A stretch of DNA of 64,000 nt from Lentisphaerota bacterium (GTDB lineage: Bacteria > Verrucomicrobiota > Kiritimatiellia > RFP12 > UBA1067): the NCBI GenBank assembly GCA_015061665.1, contig SUWC01000006.1, positions 13,137 through 77,136 on the forward strand, given 5' to 3'. This document shows positions 9,389 to 18,796 of the stretch, one piece after another. The notes under the pieces were generated by a model. That model did no database searches, was not told the DNA's origin, and worked only from the letters and a program-made list of their open reading frames with translations. The position numbers and the translations under genes were made by a program. Each line of letters starts with the position of its first letter. Position 1 is the first letter of the stretch.

Positions 9389-10789
9389 ATGAAAAGCAAA
9401 AAGAAAAACGCCAAGACCATAACGGACAGCACAATCGACCCCGACGTGCTAGCGTACACTGTTGGTGACGATCCGATTCTCGACCTGAACCTGGCCGTCT
9501 GGGACTGCATGGGCACGGCGGCACACGTGACGATGCTCAGCGAGATGAAGGGGCTCAAGCGCCCCATCGTGACGAAGGGCGAAGCCGCGACCGTCCGCAA
9601 GGAGCTCGGCAAGATCGCCGCGCTTGCGGAGAAGGGCAAGTTTGTTATCCGCATCGACGACCAGGATGTGCACATGGCCGTCGAGCGCATGCTGACTGAG
9701 AAGCTCGGCGACCTCGGGAAGAAAATCCACACGGGTCGCTCGCGCAACGACCAGGTTGCAGTCGACGTTCGGCTCCACATGAAGGACGCGATACTCCGCA
9801 CGGAGTCCGAGCTCGTCGGGCTCGCGGCGCAGCTCGAGCTCTTCGGTGCGAAGACCGGGATGGTCCCGCTCGTCGGCAGAACCCATCTCCAGCCCGCTAT
9901 GCCGTCGTCCGTCGAGATGTGGGCGACGGGCCATGCGGAGATGATCCTCGACCAGCTGGAGAACCTCGAGGCGGCGTACCGCCTGGCGGACGCGAATCCG
10001 CTCGGTTCGGCCGCGGGGTACGGCGTTCCGCTTCCTCTCGACCGCAGGCGTACGACGGAGCTCCTTGCGTTCAGCCGCTCGATCCACAACTGCTTCGGCG
10101 CTTCGATGGCCCGCGGCGAATGCGAGGCCGCGCTCCTGAGCGCGCTCGCCCAGCTGATGGCCGTCCTTTCGCGGCTCGCCGAGGACATGATACTTTTCTC
10201 GATGCCGGAGTTCGCGTACTTCAAGCTTCCGCGCGCCTACTGCACCGGCTCGTCGATCATGCCGCAGAAGTTCAACCCCGACGTGCTTGAGCTCGTGAGG
10301 TCGAAGGCCGCGCAGGTGCTCGGGCTCCAGACCGCATCGCTTTCGCTTCTGCACGCGATGCCCGGCGGATACAACCGCGACCTCCAGGACTGCAAGTGGC
10401 TCTACATGAAGGGGCTCGACATCACGCGCACGACGCTGCGCATACTCGCAAAGGTCGTAGCGGGAACGACGGTCGACCCAGATCGCTGCCGCAAGGCGTT
10501 CACGCCCGGCGTTTTTGCGACGGACGTCGCGCTGCGGAAGGTCGCCAACGGCACGCCCTGGCGCGACGCATACCATGCCGTTCGCGACCAGTTCGCCGCG
10601 CTCTACGACGGAAAGCCCGCGGAGGTCGCGTCAATCGATCCGGACGAGGCGGTCGCGGCGAAGTGCCACGAGGGGACGACAGGCGGAATCGACCACGAGG
10701 TCTACCGCGGGCGCATGGAGACGGCGCTGAAGGACATATCCACTCGCCTGGGCGCGCTCCAGTCCGCAAAGAAGGCGCTATTCAGGTGA
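9389..10789 (+). CDS. argH: argininosuccinate lyase
   Basis: GRSRNDQVAVD and the fumarate-lyase signature GSSIMPQKFNPD; 466 aa. Confidence 0.9.
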   Translation: MKSKKKNAKTITDSTIDPDVLAYTVGDDPILDLNLAVWDCMGTAAHVTMLSEMKGLKRPIVTKGEAATVRKELGKIAALAEKGKFVIRIDDQDVHMAVERMLTEKLGDLGKKIHTGRSRNDQVAVDVRLHMKDAILRTESELVGLAAQLELFGAKTGMVPLVGRTHLQPAMPSSVEMWATGHAEMILDQLENLEAAYRLADANPLGSAAGYGVPLPLDRRRTTELLAFSRSIHNCFGASMARGECEAALLSALAQLMAVLSRLAEDMILFSMPEFAYFKLPRAYCTGSSIMPQKFNPDVLELVRSKAAQVLGLQTASLSLLHAMPGGYNRDLQDCKWLYMKGLDITRTTLRILAKVVAGTTVDPDRCRKAFTPGVFATDVALRKVANGTPWRDAYHAVRDQFAALYDGKPAEVASIDPDEAVAAKCHEGTTGGIDHEVYRGRMETALKDISTRLGALQSAKKALFR

Positions 10790-11526
10790 AGAACATCTTC
10801 GAGGTCGAGGATCTGCACGTCCGGTACGGACGCTTCGAGGCCGTGAAGGGCGTAAGCTTCACCCTTGGCGAGGGTGAGATTCTTGGCATCGTGGGGGAAT
10901 CTGGAAGCGGAAAGTCTACGATTGCGAAGACGCTGATCGGACTCGAAAAGCCTTCGGGCGGACGCATAGTCCGCTCGGGGGCTTCCGTCCAGATGATATT
11001 TCAGGACGCCGTCGGATCGCTAAATCCGCGCATGACGGTCCGCCAGGCTCTGGACGAGGCGCTGAAGCACGCCAGGCGCGCAAAGGGCACGCCGCCTTCG
11101 CGCCGCATGCCGTCCGACCTGCTCGCGCTTGTCGGACTGAGCGATGCCGTCCTAGACCAGTATCCGCGCGAGATGTCGGGTGGACAGTGCCAGCGCATCT
11201 CCGTCGCGCGCGCCCTTGCGTGCGATCCGCAGGCGCTCATCGCGGACGAGCCGGTGTCGGCGCTCGACGTCTCGGTCCAGGCTCGTGTTCTCAATCTCCT
11301 TCGCGACCTCAGGCGCGAGCTCGGACTTTCGATTCTGCTCATCGCGCACGACCTTGCCGTCGTGAAGAACGTCTGCGACAGGATATGCGTCATGGAGCGG
11401 GGGCTCTTCGTGGATTCCGGCGACGCCGAGTCGGTGTTCGAGCACCCGAAAAGCGACTATACAAAACGTCTTCTCGAAGTCGTGCCGGACGTTTCGCGCG
11501 CACTTGCGGAACGCCAGGCGAAATAA
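10786..11526 (+). CDS. Opp/Dpp-type ABC transporter ATP-binding protein (short DppF-like), no cognate permease nearby
   Basis: [33 protein letters not shown]. The only plausible start is GTG 10786, which overlaps the argH stop (GTGA). The ORF portion 10396-10785 lies inside argH. Confidence 0.8.
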   Translation: MKNIFEVEDLHVRYGRFEAVKGVSFTLGEGEILGIVGESGSGKSTIAKTLIGLEKPSGGRIVRSGASVQMIFQDAVGSLNPRMTVRQALDEALKHARRAKGTPPSRRMPSDLLALVGLSDAVLDQYPREMSGGQCQRISVARALACDPQALIADEPVSALDVSVQARVLNLLRDLRRELGLSILLIAHDLAVVKNVCDRICVMERGLFVDSGDAESVFEHPKSDYTKRLLEVVPDVSRALAERQAK

Positions 11527-11535
11527 TGCGATAAT
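11527..11535 (+). promoter_or_regulatory. possible extended -10 element TGCGATAAT
   Basis: TG-n-GATAAT, 18 nt before ATG 11554. Weaker match to the motif family. Confidence 0.35.
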
Positions 11536-11553
11536 TCAGGAGCTTCTCCCCAA

Positions 11554-13752
11554 ATGTCAGAAAAGAAGAGAGAGGAAAACCCCACGGGCTACGGATTCGG
11601 CACTTTTCAGGGTGTCTTCACTCCGAGCATTCTCACCATCATCGGCGTCGTCATGTACCTGCGTTTCGGCTGGATGCTCGGAAACGTGGGACTTGCGACT
11701 TCTCTTGTCATCGTCACCATCGGCAGCACGATCACGTTCCTGACCGGGCTTTCGATTTCCGCGCTCGCGACGAACATGCGCATGAAGGGTGGCGGCGCGT
11801 ATTTCATGCTGTCCCGTTCGCTTGGGCTCGAGGCCGGAGCAGCGCTCGGCATCCCGCTTGCGCTTTCGCAGGCCATCGCCGTCTCGTTCTACATCGCAGG
11901 TTTTGCCGAGGCGTTCGTCGGATCGGGCTTGCCATACGTTTCGGAGTGGGATCCGCGCATCATCGGACTCGCCACGCTGACGATACTCGCAGGCGTCGCG
12001 ACTGTTTCTGCCAACATAGCGCTGAAGTCGCAGTATTTCATCATGGCTGCGATCGCTTTTTCGCTTATCTCGTTCTTCACCGGAAGCGCACCTGAAGGCC
12101 TTGCCTCGCCAGATCCGGCGACGGTCCCTGCGAAGCTCGGCTTCTGGCCCGTGTTCGCCGTATTCTTCCCCGCAGTTACGGGCATTCTCTCCGGCGTCGG
12201 CATGTCGGGCGACTTGAAGAACCCGAGCCGTTCCATCCCCGTCGGCACAATTGCCGCGGTGCTCGTCGGATACGCGATTTACATGTCGGTTCCGATCGTT
12301 CTGGACAAAATGGTCAGCGACCCGTCGATACTCCTTACCGACACTTTGATTCTCCAGCGCTGCGCACGCTGGTCGTCGTCCATTCTTATCGGCGTCTACG
12401 CCGCGACGCTTTCCAGCGCGATCGGGAGTTTCCTCTGCGCGCCGCGCGTCTTCCAGGCTCTTTCGCGCGACAGGCTTCTCCCTGCGTTCCTCGGAAAGGG
12501 GTTCGGCAAGGAGGATGATCCCCGCATCGCCGCCGCGTTCTGCTTCGTTGTGGCGGGCGTCTGCGTGTGGCTCGGCGACATCAACGTCATCGCCCCTGTC
12601 CTGACGCTCTTCAACCTCTCGACGTATGGTCTCCTAAATCTCTGCGCCGGGTTCGAGGAGGCGCTTTCCAATCCGTCGTGGCGTCCGACGTTCCGCGTAA
12701 AGTCGGGGCTCAGCTTCGTCGGGTTCGCAGGCTGCCTTGCGGCGATGTTCATGATAAGCCCGGGCTGGACGTTCGTCGCGCTTGCGTTCGAAGCTGGCAT
12801 CTTCTGGATTGTCAAGCGCCGCGCGCTGCGCGCGCAGTGGGGCGACATGCGCACAGGCCTCTACATGGCGCTTGTCCGCTTCGCGTTCGGTAAGCTCATG
12901 CGAGTTGACCACGCCGAGCGCAACTGGCGTCCGAACCTGCTCGTCATGTCCGCTCTCCCCGACGTGGACTCGCGTCTTCTCGAGCTTGCAAAGGGCGTTT
13001 CCGGCGGACGAAGCCTTGTCACGCTCGCGTCGGTTCTGCCGCGGGACGTCGTAGGCACGCAGCGCGAGAAGGATCTTGCGGAATCGGCGAGGCGCACGGC
13101 CGAGAAGGGCGGACTTGAGGCGTCGGTCAAGATCATTTCGTCGCCGAACGACTGGGACGGCATGATGGAGCTTGTGAGGACGTACGGGTTCGGTCCAATC
13201 GTCCCGAACACTGTCATGCTCGGCTTTCCGAAGGACCGCAACGCCGACAGGTTCGCCGAGTTCATGCGCCTGATGGTCAGCGAACGGAGGAACGTGCTCG
13301 TCACGGCCGGTGACGTTGAGATGCGCGAAGACGGGTACATCGACATCTGGTGGCGCGGCAAGAACCCCAACGGTGCGCTGATGCTCTCCCTCGCGTTCCT
13401 TCTCCAGCGGGACGACCGCTGGCGCAGGCATCCGCTGCGCGTAAACATGATCGTCCGCTCCCGTTCGCACGAGGAGGCGCAGTCGCTGCTCGACGAATTC
13501 CTCTCCAAGGCGCGGGTCGACGCGACTACGCGGATCGTCGAGGCGAACGACCGTCCGTTCGAGGACGTCATCGCGGAAAGCTCGTCCGACACCGCCGTGA
13601 CCTTCCTCGGGCTGCGCGGTCCGGCGGCTGATGAGACGCCTGAGCAGTACGGGGCGTATTTCATGGCGCTGCACGACAGGCTCAAGACGCTGTCGTTCCC
13701 TGTCTTCTCGCTTGCGGCCGAAGACATTGACTTCCGTCGTATTTTCACCTGA
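11554..13752 (+). CDS. cation:chloride cotransporter (SLC12/CCC)-type APC-superfamily transporter with large cytoplasmic C-terminal domain
   Basis: FGTFQGVFTPSILTIIGVVMYLRFGWMLGNVG matches the CCC N-terminal signature. About 12 TM segments, then a soluble C-terminal domain of about 270 aa. Confidence 0.75.
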   Translation: MSEKKREENPTGYGFGTFQGVFTPSILTIIGVVMYLRFGWMLGNVGLATSLVIVTIGSTITFLTGLSISALATNMRMKGGGAYFMLSRSLGLEAGAALGIPLALSQAIAVSFYIAGFAEAFVGSGLPYVSEWDPRIIGLATLTILAGVATVSANIALKSQYFIMAAIAFSLISFFTGSAPEGLASPDPATVPAKLGFWPVFAVFFPAVTGILSGVGMSGDLKNPSRSIPVGTIAAVLVGYAIYMSVPIVLDKMVSDPSILLTDTLILQRCARWSSSILIGVYAATLSSAIGSFLCAPRVFQALSRDRLLPAFLGKGFGKEDDPRIAAAFCFVVAGVCVWLGDINVIAPVLTLFNLSTYGLLNLCAGFEEALSNPSWRPTFRVKSGLSFVGFAGCLAAMFMISPGWTFVALAFEAGIFWIVKRRALRAQWGDMRTGLYMALVRFAFGKLMRVDHAERNWRPNLLVMSALPDVDSRLLELAKGVSGGRSLVTLASVLPRDVVGTQREKDLAESARRTAEKGGLEASVKIISSPNDWDGMMELVRTYGFGPIVPNTVMLGFPKDRNADRFAEFMRLMVSERRNVLVTAGDVEMREDGYIDIWWRGKNPNGALMLSLAFLLQRDDRWRRHPLRVNMIVRSRSHEEAQSLLDEFLSKARVDATTRIVEANDRPFEDVIAESSSDTAVTFLGLRGPAADETPEQYGAYFMALHDRLKTLSFPVFSLAAEDIDFRRIFT

Positions 13753-13770
13753 CGTCCCGCAGTCCGGCGA

Positions 13771-13783
13771 TTTTTGATATAAT
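13771..13783 (+). promoter_or_regulatory. extended -10 promoter motif TTTTTGATATAAT
   Basis: Best-match instance of the recurrent motif. AAGGAG SD and ATG 13813 follow. Confidence 0.65.
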
Positions 13784-13812
13784 ATTACTTTAATTCTACG
13801 CAAGGAGTAAAG

Positions 13813-15492
13813 ATGAAGATAGCAATTGCCTCTGATCACGGCGGAGTGGAACTTAAGTCCGCCATCGTCAACGCACTTTCAACCGTCGCAACGATTCAGG
13901 ATTTCGGTCCCGCGACGAAGGAAAGCTGCGACTATCCTGACTACGCCATTCCCGTAGCCGCCGCTGTTGCCGCCGGAGAGGCGGAGTTCGGAATTCTCAT
14001 CTGCCGCTCGGGCATTGGCATGTCCATGACAGCCAACCGTTTCCAGAACGTCCGCGCCGCCATCTGCCAGACGACCGAGGTTGCGACCGTCACTCGCCAG
14101 CACAACGCGGCGAACGTGCTCTGCCTCGGTGCGAACGACGTCTCGCCCGACTACGCCGTAGAGATCGCAAAGACCTTCATCGCCACTCCTGTTGACATGG
14201 ACGAGCGCCATGCGCGCCGTCGCTTCAAGCTCGAGCGCGCCGGCCGTCTATCCGACTGCTCCGGGCTCATGCACGACGACCCCGAGGTCTTCGCGGCGAT
14301 CAAGGCGCAAACCGAGCAGGAGGATACCGAGATCAACCTCATCGCTTCGGAGAACACCTCCAGCCGTGCGTGCCGCGAGGCCGCTGGCTCCGTTCTCATG
14401 AACAAGTACGCCGAGGGATATCCGGGGAAGCGCTGGTATTCGGGATGCCTGCCCGTAGACGCCGCGGAGGAGCTGGCCCGCAAGCGCGCGTGCGAGCTTT
14501 TCGGCGCCGACCATGCGAACGTCCAGCCGCACTGCGGCAGCGCGGCGAACATGGCCGTCTACTTCGCTACGATCAAGCCCGGCGACACGATCATGTCGCT
14601 CTCTCTCGACCAGGGTGGACACCTCTCCCACGGCTCGCCCGTCAACTTTTCCGGAAAGATCTACAACATCGTCCCGTATCTCGTCAACAAGGAGACGGAG
14701 ATGATCGACTACGACGATCTTGAGAAGCAGGCCCTTGAGGTCAAGCCGAAGATCCTCCTTTCCGGCGCGTCTGCTTATCCGCGCACGATCGACTTCAAGC
14801 GCATCCGCGAGATCTGCGACAAGGTCGGCTGCATCATGATGGTCGACATGGCGCACATCGCTGGACTCGTGGCAGGCGGCGTGCATCCCTCGCCCGTCCC
14901 CTACGCCGACTTCGTCACCACGACGACTCACAAGACGCTCGGCGGGCCCCGCGGCGGCATGGTCCTCTGCAAGGCGCAGTACGCAAAGGCGCTCGACTCG
15001 GCTGTCTTCCCCGGAATGCAGGGCGGTCCACTCGAGAACATCATCGCCGCGAAGGCCGTCAGCTTCCGCGAGTGGATGCAGCCCGAAAAGAAGGAGTACG
15101 CAGCGCAGATCGTCAAGAACTGCAAGGTCCTCTGCAAGACCGTTCAGGACCGCGGCTACCGCATCGTCTCTGGCGGAACTGACAACCACCTCTTCCTCGT
15201 CGACGTTAAGACTACGAAGGGCATCACTGGCAAGGAGGCGGCTGCCGCGCTTGACGCCGCCGGAATTGTCGTCAACAAGAACACGATTCCCTACGACACC
15301 GAGTCTCCCTTCCGCACCAGCGGCATCCGCGTCGGTACGGCTTCCGTCACAACGCGCGGAATGAAGGAGCCCGAGATGATCAAGATCGGCACCTGGATCT
15401 GCGATGTGCTCGACAATATCGCCGACACTTCCATTCAGGAGCGCGTGAAGGCCGAGGCAAAGGCCCTCGTCGCCGGATTCCCCGTTCCATGA
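13813..15492 (+). CDS. glyA: bifunctional ribose-5-phosphate isomerase B / serine hydroxymethyltransferase fusion
   Basis: Residues about 1-145: [39 protein letters not shown] (RpiB/LacAB family). Remainder: [38 protein letters not shown] (SHMT with PLP lysine). Confidence 0.9.
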   Translation: MKIAIASDHGGVELKSAIVNALSTVATIQDFGPATKESCDYPDYAIPVAAAVAAGEAEFGILICRSGIGMSMTANRFQNVRAAICQTTEVATVTRQHNAANVLCLGANDVSPDYAVEIAKTFIATPVDMDERHARRRFKLERAGRLSDCSGLMHDDPEVFAAIKAQTEQEDTEINLIASENTSSRACREAAGSVLMNKYAEGYPGKRWYSGCLPVDAAEELARKRACELFGADHANVQPHCGSAANMAVYFATIKPGDTIMSLSLDQGGHLSHGSPVNFSGKIYNIVPYLVNKETEMIDYDDLEKQALEVKPKILLSGASAYPRTIDFKRIREICDKVGCIMMVDMAHIAGLVAGGVHPSPVPYADFVTTTTHKTLGGPRGGMVLCKAQYAKALDSAVFPGMQGGPLENIIAAKAVSFREWMQPEKKEYAAQIVKNCKVLCKTVQDRGYRIVSGGTDNHLFLVDVKTTKGITGKEAAAALDAAGIVVNKNTIPYDTESPFRTSGIRVGTASVTTRGMKEPEMIKIGTWICDVLDNIADTSIQERVKAEAKALVAGFPVP

Positions 15493-16724
15493 CGGAGATA
15501 ACGCTCAGATCCGGACGCGAAAAGAGCGTCCTCAGACGCCACCCCTGGATATTTTCCGGCGCGGTGGCGTCGGGCATTGCCGGCTTGGGCGAAATTGTCC
15601 GCGTCCGCTCTGCAAAGGGCGAGACGCTGGGCTACGGCTGCTTTTCGCCTGACTCGCAGATCCGCGTTCGCATGATATCCTTTGGCGAGGGACCTGCGCC
15701 CGACGAGAAGTTCATATCCAATCGCGTCAGGGAGTCGGTCGAGCGCAGGCGCCTTACCGCGCCCTGGATGTTCTCCGAGCCGGAGGCGGGCTGCCCTCAG
15801 GGTGCGGCGCGTCTTGTCAACGCAGAGGCGGACGGACTGCCCGGCGTTGTCGCAGACTGCTACGCCGGATGGGTCGTATGCCAGTTTACGTCTACGTTCG
15901 CCGAATCTTGGAAGAGCGTCATCGCAGAGGCGCTGGCCGGGTCTGTTCCAAATTGCAAAGGCGTTTCGGCTCGAAGCGACGTCGAGGTAAGGCGCAAGGA
16001 AGGGCTCTCCGTAAGCGACGGACTCGAGATCCTTTCCGGCTCTGAGCCGCCGGAAGTGATCGAGATCGCGGAAGGCCCCGCGAGGTTCCTTGTCGATGTG
16101 CGCAAGGGACACAAGACAGGGTTCTATCTCGACCAGCGCGACGCGCGCGCCGCTGTTGGCGCACTGGCGAAGGGACGGGAAGTCCTCAACTGCTTCTGCT
16201 ACACTGGCGGCTTCGGCATCTACGCCGCTGTCGGGGGCGCGTCGAAGGTCACTCAGGTCGACGTATCGTCCGACGCGCTCGCGCTCGCAGCGCGCAACCT
16301 TGAGCGCACACGCGGCGCTTCTGCCGCGGCAGCGTCCGCAGCATGCGAAGTCGAGCAGGTTGAGGCGGACGTCTTCAAGTACCTGCGCGAATGCAGGGAC
16401 CGTGGGCGCAAGTTCGGCATGATCGTCCTTGATCCACCCAAGTTCGCGGAGACGAAGTCGCAGCTGGACAAGGCGGCCAGGGGCTACAAGGACATCAATC
16501 TTCTCGCCATGAAGCTGCTGGACAAGGACGGCATCCTCGCCACGTTCTCCTGCTCCGGCGCTATGGACGCCGAGTTTTTCGACACGATCCTCGCCGAGGC
16601 CGCGCAGGATGCGCGAAGGGGCTTTCAGGTTGTCGGGCGGACAGGCCACGCTGCCGACCACCCAGTGTCGCTGGCGTTTCCCGAGGGTCGCTATCTCAAG
16701 GGCGTGATACTGCGTGCGATTTAG
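15489..16724 (+). CDS. rlmI: class I SAM-dependent rRNA (cytosine-C5) methyltransferase, RlmI-like
   Basis: N-terminal PUA-like [15 protein letters not shown] motif [18 protein letters not shown], then C-terminal HPV...YLKG. Start overlaps the glyA stop (ATGA). Confidence 0.8.
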   Translation: MTEITLRSGREKSVLRRHPWIFSGAVASGIAGLGEIVRVRSAKGETLGYGCFSPDSQIRVRMISFGEGPAPDEKFISNRVRESVERRRLTAPWMFSEPEAGCPQGAARLVNAEADGLPGVVADCYAGWVVCQFTSTFAESWKSVIAEALAGSVPNCKGVSARSDVEVRRKEGLSVSDGLEILSGSEPPEVIEIAEGPARFLVDVRKGHKTGFYLDQRDARAAVGALAKGREVLNCFCYTGGFGIYAAVGGASKVTQVDVSSDALALAARNLERTRGASAAAASAACEVEQVEADVFKYLRECRDRGRKFGMIVLDPPKFAETKSQLDKAARGYKDINLLAMKLLDKDGILATFSCSGAMDAEFFDTILAEAAQDARRGFQVVGRTGHAADHPVSLAFPEGRYLKGVILRAI

Positions 16725-16733
16725 GAGCTAGTT

Positions 16734-17828
16734 ATGGAAAACGAATCTGAACCGAAGAAGCGCAAACATGGCTGCCTGGTTGGATGCCTTGTTTCCGCAG
16801 CGTTGCTTATCCTTTTCTTCCTGCTCATCTTCTTTTTTCTGTTCGCCTTTCTTGCCGGGATTGCAGAAACCGCCGGCAGGTCGGCCAGGGGCTCGAGAAA
16901 CGCGGCGAGAATGCAGGCCGACATCCTCGAGCAGTCCCCTGAGGAGGAGAGCCTCCCGAAGCTCGTGTGGGAGCGCGGAGGTACGAAAGCCTCGCCCAAA
17001 GTCCTCCGTCTGCGGCTGAGGGGCGTCATATCATTTTCAGACGAGCGCGACGATTTCCTCGGCATACGCGAAAAGTCTCCGTCCTCCGTGCTCCTCACGC
17101 GCATACGCCAGGCGACTGTGGACGACGAGATCGACGGCATCTGTCTAGAGCTCGACACGCCGGGCGGAGAGGTCACGGCGGCGGACGTCATATCGGATGC
17201 GCTCTGCGCTTTCCGCGAGTCGGATACGAACCGCTTTGTCATAGTCCACATGGGCTCGCTTTGCTGCAGCGGCGGATACTACATTGCTGCTGCGGCAGAC
17301 TGCATCGTCGCTCATCCGACCACGACAACTGGCTCCATCGGCGTCATCATGAGCACGTACAACGCGTCCGAACTCGCAAAGAAGATCGGCGTTGAGAGCG
17401 TCACCATCGCAACGGGCGACAACAAGGACATGCTAGATCCGCTGAAGCCGGTTCAGCCCGAGCATGTCGAGATATTCCGCAAGGTCGTTGCGGCGGACTA
17501 CGAACGGTTTCTCGAAGTCGTCTCGCGCGGGCGCGACATTCCTCTCGAGGACGTCAGGCGCATCGCGGACGGTCGCGTGCTTTCCGCAGAGGAGGCGCTT
17601 ACGCTCAAGTTGATTGACGCAATCGGATATCGTGACGATGTTTACGACATCATGAACAAGCTGGTAGGGCGCGACGTCGCAGTATACCGCTACGAGGAAG
17701 ACGTTTCGCTGCGCGGACTCCTTTCCGGACTTTTCTCCGCGCATGCTTCCTCGCGCGCGGTCTCCGCGTTTTTCGAGCGAATGGTTCCGTCCGTAGATGC
17801 TCCGCGCATCGAGTACCGTCTTCACTGA
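16734..17828 (+). CDS. sppA: signal peptide peptidase SppA (S49 family, 36K type)
   Basis: N-terminal TM anchor, then GSLCCSGGYYIAAAADCIVAHPTTTTGSIGV and GRVLSAEEAL, typical of S49. Confidence 0.8.
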   Translation: MENESEPKKRKHGCLVGCLVSAALLILFFLLIFFFLFAFLAGIAETAGRSARGSRNAARMQADILEQSPEEESLPKLVWERGGTKASPKVLRLRLRGVISFSDERDDFLGIREKSPSSVLLTRIRQATVDDEIDGICLELDTPGGEVTAADVISDALCAFRESDTNRFVIVHMGSLCCSGGYYIAAAADCIVAHPTTTTGSIGVIMSTYNASELAKKIGVESVTIATGDNKDMLDPLKPVQPEHVEIFRKVVAADYERFLEVVSRGRDIPLEDVRRIADGRVLSAEEALTLKLIDAIGYRDDVYDIMNKLVGRDVAVYRYEEDVSLRGLLSGLFSAHASSRAVSAFFERMVPSVDAPRIEYRLH

Positions 17829-17833
17829 GGCGC

Positions 17834-18757
17834 ATGCAGGTGACAAGGATAGAGCAGTTCGGATGGCGTGGCGCGGTCGAGCCTGGTATCGGGCGCGTCG
17901 TTAGTTCGCACGGCGACTACTACCACCTCGTCTGCAACGAGACGGGCGGCGAGATCATCGCGAGGAAGAAGAAGAGCGCCTGGAAGCCGCCGGCTGGAGG
18001 CGACAAGCGCGTCGCCGTTTCGTCTGCCGCTCTGCGCGAGACGGGCGGATTCGTCAGGACGGCGCGTCCGGTCCGTTCGGAGACCCCCGAGGCGCTGAGT
18101 CCGATAACGGGCGACTTTGTCCGTTTCCGCTACAACCCGCACGGCGAGTCGCTTATAACCGAAGTGCTGCCGCGCAGGTCGCATTTCGAGCGCAAGGACC
18201 CGACTGCCAAGCGCAAGGCGCAGACGCTTGCCGTCAACTTCGACACGATCTTCATCATGATGTCGCTGAACGAGGACTTTTCGACGGCGCGCATCGACCG
18301 CTATCTGACGCTTGCCGAGGACATGGGAGATGCAGAGGCCGTGGTCGTTGTCACGAAAGCCGACCTGCGACAGGACGGTGACGAGGAGTTCATAAACGAT
18401 CTCGCCGAGACTGTTGACGCAAGGGCGAAAATCATCTCGATTTCCGCATTTACGGGCGAGGGAATGGAGTCCGTCCTGGAGTATGTCAAGCCTGGAAGGA
18501 CTGTCGCGTTCATCGGCTCCTCCGGGGTCGGAAAGTCGACTCTGCTCAACACGCTTGCGGGAGAGGAGTGGGCCGCCACCCAGGAGATACAGGAATGGAG
18601 CGGCAAGGGCCGCCACACGACGACGAGCAGGGATCTTTCGATGCTGCCCTCCGGCGCGATGGTGATCGACACGCCCGGGATTCGCGAAATCGGCATGATA
18701 GGCGAAACGGACGAGGTCCGCGCGAAGGGTTCCGCTTCACATCGTTGGCGCAAGTGA
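17834..18757 (+). CDS. rsgA: ribosome small-subunit-dependent GTPase A, lacking the C-terminal zinc-finger region
   Basis: Circularly permuted GTPase order: TKADL (G4), GSSGVGKSTLLN (G1), GKGRHTTT, DTPGIRE (G3). The protein stops about 20 aa after DTPG. Confidence 0.75.
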   Translation: MQVTRIEQFGWRGAVEPGIGRVVSSHGDYYHLVCNETGGEIIARKKKSAWKPPAGGDKRVAVSSAALRETGGFVRTARPVRSETPEALSPITGDFVRFRYNPHGESLITEVLPRRSHFERKDPTAKRKAQTLAVNFDTIFIMMSLNEDFSTARIDRYLTLAEDMGDAEAVVVVTKADLRQDGDEEFINDLAETVDARAKIISISAFTGEGMESVLEYVKPGRTVAFIGSSGVGKSTLLNTLAGEEWAATQEIQEWSGKGRHTTTSRDLSMLPSGAMVIDTPGIREIGMIGETDEVRAKGSASHRWRK

Positions 18758-18773
18758 CGCCATCCATCGTAGA

Positions 18774-18786
18774 TTTTTGATATAAT
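18774..18786 (+). promoter_or_regulatory. extended -10 promoter motif TTTTTGATATAAT, only 10 nt from the dapA ATG
   Basis: Identical 13-mer to the one at 13771-13783. Confidence 0.6.
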
Positions 18787-18796
18787 AATCTAAGCC

